Shown: piece by piece, positions 37,322 through 48,500 of the stretch
How positions within the stretch are numbered: position 1 is the first letter of the stretch
How the letters are laid out: each line of letters begins with the position of its first letter
Source of the DNA: a virus
Taxonomy: Duplodnaviria > Caudoviricetes
Virus record (IMG/VR): IMGVR_UViG_3300017788_000026
Span: 1 to 61,290 of that record
Direction: 5' to 3' (one strand)
Length of the DNA stretch: 61,290 nucleotides
Notes under the pieces: model-generated
Seen by the model: only the letters and a program-made list of their open reading frames with translations
What the model was told of the DNA's origin: nothing
Database searches by the model: none
Position numbers and translations under genes: made by a program

Positions 37322-39270
37322 TGTCTTTAGCATCTGAAACTTCTAGGCGATCAGCGGGTACGCTGAAAAGCCTTAACACCTATCCGAGCCAGTTCTTTGA
37401 TCTGAGTTCACAGTATGTGCCACCGAGCATCAAAGAGATGTTTCGGTGGTGCCTCTATCTATACGTAACGCACTCTGAGATAGCGCCTGTTATCAATAAG
37501 AAGTGCGCCTATGTTATCACAGACCTCCTATATGAATCGACTAAGGATGGTGGCGCCCCGGCAGGTAAAGTAGTCGATACCTGGAAAGAGCTACTTGAGC
37601 GCACCATCAATATAAAAAAGGAGGAGTTCAAGCTTCTCGTGGATCTAGAGGTCTACGGCAACGCTTTCTGTTCCTTGTTCTTCCCCTTTGAGCGCTTCTT
37701 AGCCTGCCCAGGCTGTAAGCTTGAGAAAGCAGCTAGAGACATTAAGTGGAAGTACGAGAACCACACTTTTAAGGCTGTGTGTGAGGCCTGCAACAAAACA
37801 GGGGCTTTCATCGCTCGCGACAAGAGCGTTAAGAACCGACGCAGGATTAAGATCATTCGATGGTTTCCCCAGTACATAGATATACACTACAATCCTTTTA
37901 CAGGACGGTCGGCGTACATCTATAGAATACCCACCTGGCTAAAAAAGCGCCTATCGGATCACACACAGAATAAAGATCTGGTAGAGGACACGCCGCTGGC
38001 TTTCTTGCAGGCTATCAAGGACAAAAAGAACATCAAGTTCGACCCTGATAACTTCTACCACTTTAAGAACCCTGGGGTATCCACGGAAGACGAGGCATTT
38101 GGCTTACCCCCGATGCTTCCTATATTCAAAGATGCGTGGCTATTCCAAACATATAGACGCGCACAAGAGGCTATAGCGGTAGACCATATTCTACCTATGA
38201 CCCTGCTTATACCGCAACCGCCTGCTGGCGGCGCCTCTCCGCACATGAGCGTCAATCTTAATGATTGGTCGTCACGTATGCAGTCCATGATCGCCAAGTG
38301 GCGCAGAGACCCTAATGGTATCTTTACAGCGCCGTTCCCTGCCCAAGTAGAGCAGATTCGCGGTGACGCTAAGGCACTAAACGTGCATCAAGAAATGGAA
38401 CAGATTCGCCAGATGATTACTGGTGGATTAGACGTGCCCCAAGAGTTTATCTATGGCGGTCTTAACTGGACCGGATCCAGCATCTCACTCAGAGTACTAG
38501 AGAACCTGTTCTTGGCTAGAATAAGCCAGCTGGACACCTTCTTAAGAGACTTCGTTGTACCTAACTTACAGCGCTTCTGTGGGTTACCGCAGATCGTAGT
38601 ACGGCACAGCGACTTCAAGATGGCCGATGACGTGCAGCAGAAGCAGTTGGCAATGAACCTGCGCCAGACAAGCACCATATCGGACAGAACCACGATTGAG
38701 GAGCTGGGATTCGACGTGGAGCAAGAGAATCGTCGTAAGTCTGAGGAAGAAGAGGAGCGCGTAGCTTCTATGACTCGTCAGATGGTCGCCCAGGCGCACG
38801 CGCAAGGTCAGGCCATGGTTATACAGGCCGAGTACCAAGCACGGGCTCAGATCGCTGCGCAGGTTGCTGCTCAGCAGGCCAGTTTGACAGCCGCTAACAA
38901 CAACCCGATGTCGCCTGCTATGACAGGCATGGCGATGCCCGGAGAGGCTCAACCCATGCCGGCTGAGGGCGGTGCAAAGGGTGGTGCTAAAGGTGGTGCT
39001 AAAGGTGGCGCCAAGGGCGGGAAAGGCGAGCAACAGATGCAGCCCGAAATATCTCCCGGTATGTTGGACTCTGTTGTTAACAACTTCCTGAAAGCGATCC
39101 CAGATGATATGAAGGAACAGGAGCTGGCGCGTATTAGACAGACCAATCCTGAGCTGGGGCTGCAGATACAGAAACGTATGAAGATGATACAGCAGCAAGG
39201 TAAGAGTATTAAACCTTTACCTGAGCAGAAGCCGCCTACTAGTGCGCGGACAAGCTCTTCGTCAGTGTAA
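37321..39270 (+). CDS. Probable portal protein with zinc-ribbon insertion
   Basis: VYGNAF, FGLPPMLP, GLDVPQEFIYGG portal-like motifs; CxxC..CxxC; Q/A/G-rich tail. Confidence 0.65.
   Translation: MSLASETSRRSAGTLKSLNTYPSQFFDLSSQYVPPSIKEMFRWCLYLYVTHSEIAPVINKKCAYVITDLLYESTKDGGAPAGKVVDTWKELLERTINIKKEEFKLLVDLEVYGNAFCSLFFPFERFLACPGCKLEKAARDIKWKYENHTFKAVCEACNKTGAFIARDKSVKNRRRIKIIRWFPQYIDIHYNPFTGRSAYIYRIPTWLKKRLSDHTQNKDLVEDTPLAFLQAIKDKKNIKFDPDNFYHFKNPGVSTEDEAFGLPPMLPIFKDAWLFQTYRRAQEAIAVDHILPMTLLIPQPPAGGASPHMSVNLNDWSSRMQSMIAKWRRDPNGIFTAPFPAQVEQIRGDAKALNVHQEMEQIRQMITGGLDVPQEFIYGGLNWTGSSISLRVLENLFLARISQLDTFLRDFVVPNLQRFCGLPQIVVRHSDFKMADDVQQKQLAMNLRQTSTISDRTTIEELGFDVEQENRRKSEEEEERVASMTRQMVAQAHAQGQAMVIQAEYQARAQIAAQVAAQQASLTAANNNPMSPAMTGMAMPGEAQPMPAEGGAKGGAKGGAKGGAKGGKGEQQMQPEISPGMLDSVVNNFLKAIPDDMKEQELARIRQTNPELGLQIQKRMKMIQQQGKSIKPLPEQKPPTSARTSSSSV
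38968..39021 (+). repeat. 12-bp tandem repeat encoding (GGAK)4
   Basis: GGYGGYGCNAAR x4. Confidence 0.85.
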
Positions 39271-39275
39271 AAAAG

Positions 39276-39297
39276 TAAGGGGGCGCAGGCCCCCTTA
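39276..39297. terminator. Bidirectional intrinsic terminator
   Basis: TAAGGGGGC-GCAG-GCCCCCTTA with flanking A/T tracts. Confidence 0.85.
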
Positions 39298-39320
39298 TTT
39301 GTTTTTACAGGTATTTGGAT

Positions 39321-39443
39321 CTAATCCTTGTTTCTTGTCTTCCATTTCAGAAAGTTATTAAACAAGGTGGGGATGCTGGATAGCAGCGCGAATATTCCCC
39401 CTATAAGCACTAGTGCCATCAAAAAAGCTACAAAGCCTGCCAC
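39321..39443 (-). CDS. 40-aa single-TM peptide
   Basis: Hand translation MAGFVAFLMALVLIGGIF...; GTG start. Confidence 0.4.
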   Translation of the reverse strand: MAGFVAFLMALVLIGGIFALLSSIPTLFNNFLKWKTRNKD

Positions 39444-39453
39444 CGCGTCAACC

Positions 39454-39564
39454 CTATCTAGTTCCTTTCCACATTCTTACACATAGATAGATAACGTATA
39501 CTCCTGCGATAGCGTACAAGATACCACCAACCACCACCTCAAACGTTGTTGTGTGTGTTTCCAT
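39454..39564 (-). CDS. 36-aa single-TM peptide
   Basis: METHTTTFEVVVGGILYAIAGVYVIYLCVRMWKGTR. Confidence 0.5.
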   Translation of the reverse strand: METHTTTFEVVVGGILYAIAGVYVIYLCVRMWKGTR

Positions 39565-39567
39565 GGG

Positions 39568-39660
39568 TTACTTTCGTTTGTACCGCTCTATTATCTCATC
39601 AAAGATGATCGCCACAAGACACCCCACTAAAAGACCGCAGACTAGCCACATGTACCACAT
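39568..39660 (-). CDS. 30-aa single-TM peptide
   Basis: MWYMWLVCGLLVGCLVAIIFDEIIERYKRK. Confidence 0.5.
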   Translation of the reverse strand: MWYMWLVCGLLVGCLVAIIFDEIIERYKRK

Positions 39661-39663
39661 GGC

Positions 39664-39864
39664 TTAGTCGTTCAGCTCTTTTCTTATGCGGACTATCTCG
39701 GCTGCTATTTCTTTTTGAAGCTTGATGAGTGCGGCGCGGCCCTCTGTCGATAAATGCAATACCTCACCGCACTCTTCGCACTCCCAATATTCTATAACCT
39801 GGTGCTGTTCGTCAGTACCGGTGATTCTGTTAAGAGTATCATGTGGGCAAGGTTTTTGATTCAT
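39664..39864 (-). CDS. Small zinc-ribbon protein
   Basis: CPH...CEECG; GGAG RBS. Confidence 0.6.
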   Translation of the reverse strand: MNQKPCPHDTLNRITGTDEQHQVIEYWECEECGEVLHLSTEGRAALIKLQKEIAAEIVRIRKELND

Positions 39865-39897
39865 CTATAAAGCTCCATAAAAGGTTCCCCTGTATAA

Positions 39898-40491
39898 TTA
39901 TACCTTGCGCGATAATTCCCGCTCGCCGTACAGCGCGGCCCCTATAGCGACCCTCTCCGTGAATGGGATATATGCGCAGGCGTAGTTGGCCTCCCCTAGG
40001 AGGCGCAGCATCTCCATCGCTCGCGGTCTGTTTAGTGAATGAACAATAACCTTCATATAGACCGCCTTGTCCTTGGCGCCTGCCAGATACTTAGCCACAG
40101 TCATGCCGCTATTAGGCGGTGAACCCGCCTGCCCCTCAGAATCAGGGTCTAGGTCGTGGTCTAGGAACACTAGTGTGTGTCTATCATTCTCTAGCGCCCG
40201 GATAGCGTCCGCTGCTGTAGTCACATAAGTACAAGACAGGCTAGGGTCTATTTGTGACCTAAAGATACGCGCCCGGGAAGGGTTGTCATCTAAGAACAGT
40301 ACTTTTCGGCTACGCGGCGGGGAAGTAGATAGATGGCTGATGGGTGCGCGTACCTGCGCGTTAGTCGGCTTATTCCGCCAGGCGTCTATTTCTCGCCTCA
40401 GATAGTCCACCTCGGCTTTTAGCGAGGCTATTACCGCGTCTTTATCTTCCGGAGTAAGCGCGTCCCCGTTCAACTGATTTTGGTTAGTCAA
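39898..40491 (-). CDS. Receiver-like protein (cyclic-phosphate-processing receiver family)
   Basis: VLFLDD..., VFLDHDL, G..VA..L, IVHSLN...A..M. Confidence 0.75.
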   Translation of the reverse strand: MTNQNQLNGDALTPEDKDAVIASLKAEVDYLRREIDAWRNKPTNAQVRAPISHLSTSPPRSRKVLFLDDNPSRARIFRSQIDPSLSCTYVTTAADAIRALENDRHTLVFLDHDLDPDSEGQAGSPPNSGMTVAKYLAGAKDKAVYMKVIVHSLNRPRAMEMLRLLGEANYACAYIPFTERVAIGAALYGERELSRKV

Positions 40492-41006
40492 GGAAGCGGC
40501 GCAGTTTCCGCGGCCTGTATTTTTTCCACATTGTTCAGGTAATAGACAGTAGCGTGCACTTCCTCGGGTGTGAGGCTTCTCGTCCTAGCATCATTGATAA
40601 ATGATACAGCAAAGATGATGCTACCGTGTCGAGGACAGGTGCCGTAAGGGTGGTCACTGCGCTGGCCGTGCCACCTGTCATAGGACTTGGTTCCAAAGTA
40701 TCCGTGTTGCAGCGCCTTCCCACCGGTCAGTATGTCGTTAATAGCGTCACGTATGACGCTGGCTTTATCGTCCCCGCCACGAGCATATACGCCCACACGC
40801 ATAACAGATTTTGATAGGTTCACTAGCCCTACATCATACCCAGCGTTTCCGACGCTGATTTTGAGCTGGGCTTCGCTGAGAGCCTTATTCAATGTATGCA
40901 TGATCTCATCATGACGCTTTTTCTCCGCGTCTATAGCTTTTATCGCAGCCGCGCGATCTAGGTTTGCTTGCACGTACGGCGTACAGAAAGTTGTTTGCTC
41001 ACTCAT
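40488..41006 (-). CDS. Hypothetical phage protein
   Basis: 172 aa, coupled; YFGTKSYDRWHGQR...PRHGSI. Confidence 0.7.
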   Translation of the reverse strand: MSEQTTFCTPYVQANLDRAAAIKAIDAEKKRHDEIMHTLNKALSEAQLKISVGNAGYDVGLVNLSKSVMRVGVYARGGDDKASVIRDAINDILTGGKALQHGYFGTKSYDRWHGQRSDHPYGTCPRHGSIIFAVSFINDARTRSLTPEEVHATVYYLNNVEKIQAAETAPLP

Positions 41007-41238
41007 CTGCTGGAACCACCCTGATGGTTTTTGTGTCGGTATTGATCTCTACAGTAATAGACTCACCATACTGGAACCAAATGTTGCATATAGCATAGAT
41101 CTCAGTGTCGCGTCGGTCAGTATACTCACGTATCTCCATAGGAGAGACAAGCTTCTTTTCCTTTATCTCGGCGCGGGTTTGCTCGCGAACAGCTTCGTAA
41201 ACCCCATCAGGATCCTTTAGTGTTATTCTTAATATCAT
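40999..41238 (-). CDS. Hypothetical phage protein
   Basis: LKDPDGVY...WFQYGE. Confidence 0.7.
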   Translation of the reverse strand: MILRITLKDPDGVYEAVREQTRAEIKEKKLVSPMEIREYTDRRDTEIYAICNIWFQYGESITVEINTDTKTIRVVPADE

Positions 41239-41617
41239 TTTTTAGTTGATCCAGTGTTATGAACTTACCCTTAACAATCTCTTCTCGCCCCTTAGCTACA
41301 CGCTCCGGATCGAATCCTAGAGCCCTTAGTGTGCGGTCTGGGCCTAACTCTTTTTGCAGAGCGCCGCAAATAAGATCTCTGCTTGTATTCATCATATTCT
41401 GTACACGTAGTTTAGCTTCCAAAGCCTGTATATGGGTCCTTAGCGCTACTGTTTCTTCAGTAAGCACGCGGGTAGCGCAAGACACTTCCCTAGTTACAAG
41501 GGCTAGTATAGGCGCTAAGCACGCAGGGTGTCCCACACCCTTGGCTACTAAATCCTGGGCATCAACGAACGCTTCGCTAGCATCCCCGATAAGCCTCTCG
41601 TTCTGCTCCATCACCAT
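41207..41617 (-). CDS. Hypothetical protein
   Basis: 136 aa, coupled. Confidence 0.6.
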   Translation of the reverse strand: MVMEQNERLIGDASEAFVDAQDLVAKGVGHPACLAPILALVTREVSCATRVLTEETVALRTHIQALEAKLRVQNMMNTSRDLICGALQKELGPDRTLRALGFDPERVAKGREEIVKGKFITLDQLKNDIKNNTKGS

Positions 41618-41970
41618 TCCTGCTTTCTTATGGCGGCGTCTACTTTGTCGAATATGGTTTTAGCGTGCTCTTTGTCGTCGGTGGCTTCACCGCCCCTCCA
41701 GTGAGCATCTGCGTCCTCTTTATCTAGTAGATTGCGTAAATATTGAGCTTGCTCATTTGTGTTTGCTGGACCGCCGTGCTCGTAGCACGCAAGCCACGGT
41801 ACCCTAGCCGGCCGCCAGCGTAACTTAACGCACTCCACAAAACGGCGTTGTTTAGGCTCCTGTAAGCCGTATGCTGGTTTATTACAGAACTCTCTATTAG
41901 GCAGTACCCTAGAGCAGCACCCTACCCCACCAGTCAGTTCTTTATGCTTTTTTTCCAGATATGTTGCCAT
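41611..41970 (-). CDS. Hypothetical Cys/His protein
   Basis: CC...C...CYEHGGP. Confidence 0.6.
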   Translation of the reverse strand: MATYLEKKHKELTGGVGCCSRVLPNREFCNKPAYGLQEPKQRRFVECVKLRWRPARVPWLACYEHGGPANTNEQAQYLRNLLDKEDADAHWRGGEATDDKEHAKTIFDKVDAAIRKQEW

Positions 41971-42208
41971 GGTGTAGGCTCGGCGGGCTGTCTGTGTGGT
42001 AATCGCCAGGGAACAATGTGGGAGCTGAGCGGCGCGGACGCTCTAGTTCGTCTATGAGCTTTCCTATTTCCGATAACAGAGCCTCCCCTAGGCTTTCTTG
42101 CATGGATTTGTTAACTACCGCATCGCGCGCATTATGGGCGGTTGCTTTAGAATAGTACTTATAATCACCCAATAGTTGTTTAATCTTGGACAAGTTACTC
42201 GGTATCAT
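41942..42208 (-). CDS. Hypothetical protein
   Basis: Likely start MIPSNL downstream of promoter motif. Confidence 0.55.
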   Translation of the reverse strand: MIPSNLSKIKQLLGDYKYYSKATAHNARDAVVNKSMQESLGEALLSEIGKLIDELERPRRSAPTLFPGDYHTDSPPSLHHGNISGKKA

Positions 42209-42244
42209 GGTTCTTTCGTCAAAAAAAGAAGCCGTTCTCAATTG

Positions 42245-42253
42245 TCTTATGAC
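42245..42253 (-). promoter_or_regulatory. GTCATAAGA promoter-like motif heading the 39.3-42.2 kb island
   Basis: TGTCATAAGAC at divergent junction. Confidence 0.65.
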
Positions 42254-42275
42254 ACAAGAAAGGCCATAATTTAGT

Positions 42276-42593
42276 ATGTCTAAACAACAAGAGCTGACCC
42301 AGAGGATAAAAGCTGGCCTAGCCGCCCGCCTGTCTGAGAAACTAGCTGTTGCGCGCCATATCCCCAGAGATACCTTGGTGGCTAGCGGATCAAAAATGCG
42401 CATAGAGTTGCTTAACCTAAACCGACCAGACGACCTGGCCCGATGGCAGACGCTGCATAACGATGTTGATAGATATCGAATCATAAATGAGAAAGAATCT
42501 CATCAAAAAGGCGAGTACTTTGTTCGTATAATATACAATGAGCTAGGTGACGATCTACCTACGGTCAAGACACAGGAACAGCTAAGAGAGTAA
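42276..42593 (+). CDS. Small protein coupled to RNAP gene
   Basis: TAATG overlap with RNAP start. Confidence 0.7.
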   Translation: MSKQQELTQRIKAGLAARLSEKLAVARHIPRDTLVASGSKMRIELLNLNRPDDLARWQTLHNDVDRYRIINEKESHQKGEYFVRIIYNELGDDLPTVKTQEQLRE

Positions 42594-45500
42594 TGGGACA
42601 ATACGAATCATTCATCGCGGCCACTCGGCTAACGGAAAAAATTCTAAAAGAGGCCTTTCCGATAAAAGGTAAGCTGCACACAGTAGAGGCTACTAACCTG
42701 GCTTGGAGCGGCATAGGGAGAGATATAGCTCGTGACCTTAAGACTCAAAAGAAGTACAAGCTAGAGGACCGTTCATTAGTTGCCAATTTGACAGGTGATG
42801 TGCGTATTATAGACAACAAGACAAGCAAGGTGCTTGATTCTAGAAGTAAGCATGTCTTGCTGCAACTACCTCATATAACAGAACGCGGATCCTATATCCT
42901 ACAAGGTACCGAGCGGCAGGTTATCAACCAGCTACGCTGGCGCCCAGGCATATACGCCAGCTTCACGCCGGATAACAACGTGAAGGTTGTGCTTAACACC
43001 TCGGCCGCCGGTACTTACCAAGTGATGCTAGATAGAGAATCACTGGTGACCACCTTCCGTGTAGGAACCACCACTAACTTTCCTATATATTCGGTACTCG
43101 TCGCAGTAGGCCTAAATGACGTTGAGATAAAGACGCTCCTAGGACAGAAGATGTACGATGTCAACAGGGCTAAAGCTAAGCCGGATATAGACATCGGTAA
43201 ACTACTCAAGAAGCTCCGTCCTTACGCCACCGCCGGTTCTGTAGAAGAGAGAACTAAGCTAGTCAAGGAGTTCTTGGAATCAAAGCCACTGGACCCCGAA
43301 GTCAATAAGGTTACCATAGGCGAGGCCGTTTCTTTTATCGGAAGAGATGCTCTCATAGCTGCTGTTAAGAAAGCCATCGATCTAGGTAACGGCCGTGTAG
43401 AAGAAGACGACGTAGAGTCTCTTGCCTTCAAGGCGTTGTTATCTTTTGAAGACTTCATCGCCGAGCGGCTAATCATTGCCGTACCGAACATTAAGAAGCA
43501 GGTGGCTAATTTAGCGGACAGAAAGCCCCAGATACTTTTCGCGCTGCCGCCCTCGACGTTCACTAACGTCATAGAGAACTTCTTCACTAAATCAGAGTTC
43601 ACGCGTCACGCGGACCAGAACAATCCTATAGACATAGCTGCGGTTAACTCGCTAGTCACCACTATGGGTGAAGGCGGTATCCAGAGCTCTCATGCCGTTA
43701 CCGACGAACTCCGTACTATTCACCCGTCGCACTTAGGTCTTCTTGACCTAATGCATACGCCGGAAGGTCAGAAGATCGGTGTTACCAACCACCTATCCTT
43801 AGGAGCGAAGCGTATAGGCACCTCTTTGGCCCTAACGGTCTACGAGGCAAAGACAGGTAAAAAGGTAGAAAAGACTATCCAGGAGATAGTGAACAAGGTA
43901 ATCGCGTTCCCTGATCAGTACGACAAGTTGGGTTCTGGGGTGCCTGTTCCCCGCTCGTCCGAAGTAAAGGTTCGTGTAGGTAACGCGTACAAGACGGTCA
44001 AAGCTTCTCAAGTAGAGTACATCTTCAGCAGCCCAGACGCCTTCTTCTCTACTACCACAACAGCGATCCCGTTCTTACCTAATAACCACGCTAACCGCGT
44101 GTTGATGGGTGATAAACATATTGAGCAATCAGTGCCTTTGGCAGACCCAGACAAACCGCTGGTTATGCACAGAATAACCTCCTCTGATGCTTCAGGTCGT
44201 CGGGTAGGTGGATACGAGGAATTATTCGGACACGCCTTCGTGGTGAAGGCTCCTGTAAGCGGTAAGGTCACTAAGGTGACTAATGAGGCCATATTCATTA
44301 AGCCCGCAAAAGGCCGCGCTGTTGAGGTGGCTATACACCACCACTACCCGCTAAACTCTGGAGCGTTCCTGCATGATACACCCAAGGTTAAGGCAGGTGA
44401 TTCAGTAAAAGAGAATCAGGTTCTGGTGGAGAACAACTTTACTAAGGACACTACTCTGGCTATGGGCAAGAACCTGTTAGCCGGTTATGTCGCTTACAAG
44501 GGGTACAACTTCGAGGACGGCATCGTTATATCGGAGACCGCGGCGAAGAAACTGACCTCTATTCACAAAAACGAGTCGCGCGTAGATATTGATAAGAACA
44601 CCAAGGTCGGCGCGGACTTCTATTTCGCCGCCTTCCCTCAAGAGCTTAAATACATCAGAGAGCGCAAGGCTCGTTATGACGAGGCTGGTATCATAAAGAA
44701 GGGCGCGACTGTTGAGCCCGGAGACATATTGATTCCTGCGTTCCAGCAAGTGCCGCTACACGCAGAGTTCGACTTTAAGCGCCTTGGTAAGCGTCTTGGG
44801 GACCGTGCTGTCGACATCTCCGCTAGGTGGGATAGTCTGGTTCCTGGAGAAGTGGTGGATGTTGTAAAGACCGGCTCTTTTGTGAAGGTGTATGTGAAGT
44901 CTGTGGAGCCTATGAAAATAGGCGACAAGCTTTGTTTTACACCAGACCACGACGTGCTCACTGTCGATGGCTGGAAACCTGTAGGAGACATTGTTATGAC
45001 CGACGTCATAGCAACCCTACGAGAAGGCCTGGGTGTCTTAGAGTACCACACCCCCACAGAGATATTCTCGTATGACTGTGTCGAAGAGCCCATGTACCAT
45101 CTTGAGACGCAACAATTGTCTATGATGGTCACTATGGACCATCGTCTGTACGTTAATCGTAGAGACCGCCTAACCTACGAACTTTTACCGGCTAGAGACG
45201 TGATGGGCAAACGAGCCCGGTTTAAGAAAGACGCGGTCTGGTTAGCAGAGCCGCCTGAAACGCTGCTTGGATTCGAGCCTACCGATTTTTGTCGTCTAAT
45301 AGGCTTTTTTGCTGCAGAAGGTAGCCTGACCAAAACGGACTATCGGGTCACACTGCATCAAATTAAGGAAGAGGGGCGTCAATGGGTACAGGCACTTCTC
45401 AAGCGGCTAGGTATTAAATACAGTGTTTTGAAAGACAGATTCAATATATATAGTAAGAAACTGTACGAGTTTTTCTCTTTATTTGGTAGATATGCCTGGC

Positions 45501-48500
45501 TAAAAAAACTACCGACACAGCTACTGCTTCTTGACAAAGAGCGTCTGCAGGCCATTTATGAGGGTTTCCTAATCGGTGATGGTACGGTAAACAACAGCGG
45601 CTCAGAAATACTCATAACAACCAGCCCTGTACTAGCGGATCAATTTCAGGAGATCGCGCTTAAGTGCGGCTGGTCGGCTAATATTAAGAAACTCCCTATA
45701 GACCCTAACCCGAAGTATATTGGAAGCCAGGTTCTTTATCAGCGGCACGAGACCTATCACGTTCGGATTGTGAAAGGCAAGTGCCGTCCTCAGATAAATC
45801 ACGGGCATGTAAAGAAACAGCACGCCCAGACTGAGGAGACGGTGCCGTACACAGGTAAAGTACATTGTATAAATGTACAGAATCATATCATCTATGTTCG
45901 GAGAAACGGCAAGCCGCATTGGAGCGGTAATTCTATGCGGGCAGGAGCCAAGGGCATTGTCACGCACATTCTTCCTGATGAGGAGATGTACAAGACAAAA
46001 GAAGGCAAGGTCTTGGATATTCTGCTGAACCCGGCTGGTATACCTAGCCGCGTCAACACAGGGCAGATGTACGAGGCTGCTACAGGCAAGATTGCCCTTA
46101 AAACCGGCAAGCCGTACTACACGGATAATTTCAACTCGCGCGCCCCGTCCATGCTTACTAAGGTAAGGCAGGACATGGCGGCAGCCGGCGTGGTGGACGA
46201 AGAGGAGATTGTCGATCCTAAAACAGGGTCGGTTATTTCCAGCACACTAGTTGGTCCGATACATTTTTACAAGCTAAAGCACCAAGTAGATACTAAGTTT
46301 AAAGCACGCTCTACTGTGGATGAAAGCTACTCATTAGACCAGGCCCCGGCTAAGACAGATGAGAGCTCTGCTCAGCGAATAGGTATGTTGGATACCTTCT
46401 CGTTGTTATCAGGTAACGCCACTTCGTTCCTTAATGATAGCTTCGGGCTAAAATCACAGAAGAACGACGAGTACTGGATCGCTCTGCAAAAGGGACAAAT
46501 ACCGCCGCCGCCTAAGGTGCCGTTCATCACAGAGAAGTTTGTAACAATGCTTCTTGGTGCGGGAATCAACTTGCGTCAGTCAGGAACCAAGTTCGTGGCC
46601 GCGCCGCTTACTGACAAAGAGATCCTCGCCATGTCTCATGGTGAGATAGAGAAGCCGTTGGCTCTGAAGTCCAACAACCTAATGCCGGAGAAGGGCGGAT
46701 TGTTCGATCCTGTAAAGACAGGCGGCATAGACGGCAATCGGTTTAATCACATATCATTGGCTACGCCGATACCTAATCCATTGATGCTTAAGGCCATCGT
46801 TTCAGTGGCTAGACTACCTAAGGCGGAAAGCCTTACTGCCATTCTAGATGGTTCGCTAGCAGTAACCCCCGATGGTAAAATAACTAAAGAGCTCGATACC
46901 GGAGCCGCTGGCGGAGCCGGTGTTGTAAATCTGTTAAAGAACATAAATGTTAAAAAAGAGCTTACACGAACACTGGCTGAAACAAAGACAGCTAAGAAGG
47001 ATCAGCTAGATAAGGCGTATAAGCGCTTGAAGTATTTACGCGCACTGGATCAACTCAAGCTGACTCCAGAAGAAGCGTATACTAACAATTACGTGCCTAT
47101 CATACCTACGAAGTTCCGGCACATTCAGCCTAGAATGGACGGCTCGCTGAACGTATCGGCACCTAACTTCGGGTATAGAGAAATTATTCTGATCAACAAC
47201 CAGCTCAAGAAGCTGCAAAAAGCCGGCATAGATCAGACGAATCTCAAAAAGCTAAACAGTGATTTGTTCAAAGCTGTTAGCGGTTTAACCGGCGCAACCG
47301 CTCCGCTAACCAGAGCTGGAGAGGTGTCTGGTTTCATAGAGAAGATCAAAGGCACTTCTCCTAAGATGGGTCTCTTCCAGTCTAAGGTGCTTACCAGAGC
47401 GCAAGACCTGTCCGCTAGATCTACTGTAATACCTAACCCTAAATTTGGGTTGGACGAGATTGGTTTGCCGACAGATATGGCGCTCACCATCTACAAGCCT
47501 TTCGTAGTGCGGCGCCTAGTTAATATGGGATATGATCCATTAACAGCGCGTCGTTTAGTGGAGACTAAGGACGAGTTGGCGTTACGCGTTCTTGAGCTAG
47601 AGTCCAGAGATCGCCCGGCTATTATGAACAGAGCGCCATCACTCCATAAGTTCAACCTACAGGCGTTCCGCCCTCGATTGACGGACGGGCGCGCGGTAGA
47701 GGTAAACCCGCTGATTGTCGCAGGATTCAACATGGACTTCGACGGTGACACCGCGGGTATCCACGTTCCTGTGTCTGAAGAAGCGCGCAAAGAATCTCTA
47801 GAAAAGCTGCTGCCTAGTAAAAACCTGTTGTCGGTTCGCGATGGTTCCGCTATGCACGCCCCTACTAAGGAAACGGCGTACGGTGTGTATCTAATGTCTG
47901 CGCCTAAGGGAACACCTGTGCGGTTCAAGTCAAAAGAAGACGTGCTACAGGCGCATCTGCAGAACAAGATAAAGGTCAACACCGCCGTCACTGTAGGGGG
48001 CGTAACCACCTGCGCCGGTCAATATCTCATAGACTCTTTATTCCCGAAAGAGCTGAAGCCCGGCTTACAGCCTATGACGGCCGGTCGCATGAATGATGCG
48101 ATCACCGCCGCAGCTCGCGGGCTCAAGTCAGAAGAAGCAGCCAGCATCATAACTAAACTGAAGGACCTGGGTAACCACTACGTTACCGAGATCGGCTTTA
48201 CCGTGTCTCTCAAAGACCTTGAGGTGGATTCTTCAAAGAGAAACGCCATCCTAGACAAGGCTAAGAAAGCCGTGTCGTCTATAGGATTTAGCGCCGCGGC
48301 AGGTAACGCCGCAAAAGAGATTGGCGCTCTAGTAAAATCAACAACAGAGAACCGATTTGTCGATGCTGCTATAACATCAGGCGCGTTGGGTAAGGGTGGT
48401 ACGCTGGCTCAAATGATCGCTACTCCGGTGGCGGTTGAGGATCACAGAGGCAACCCAGTGCCTATGTTTATTGAGAACTCCTATGCCGAGGGGCATGACC

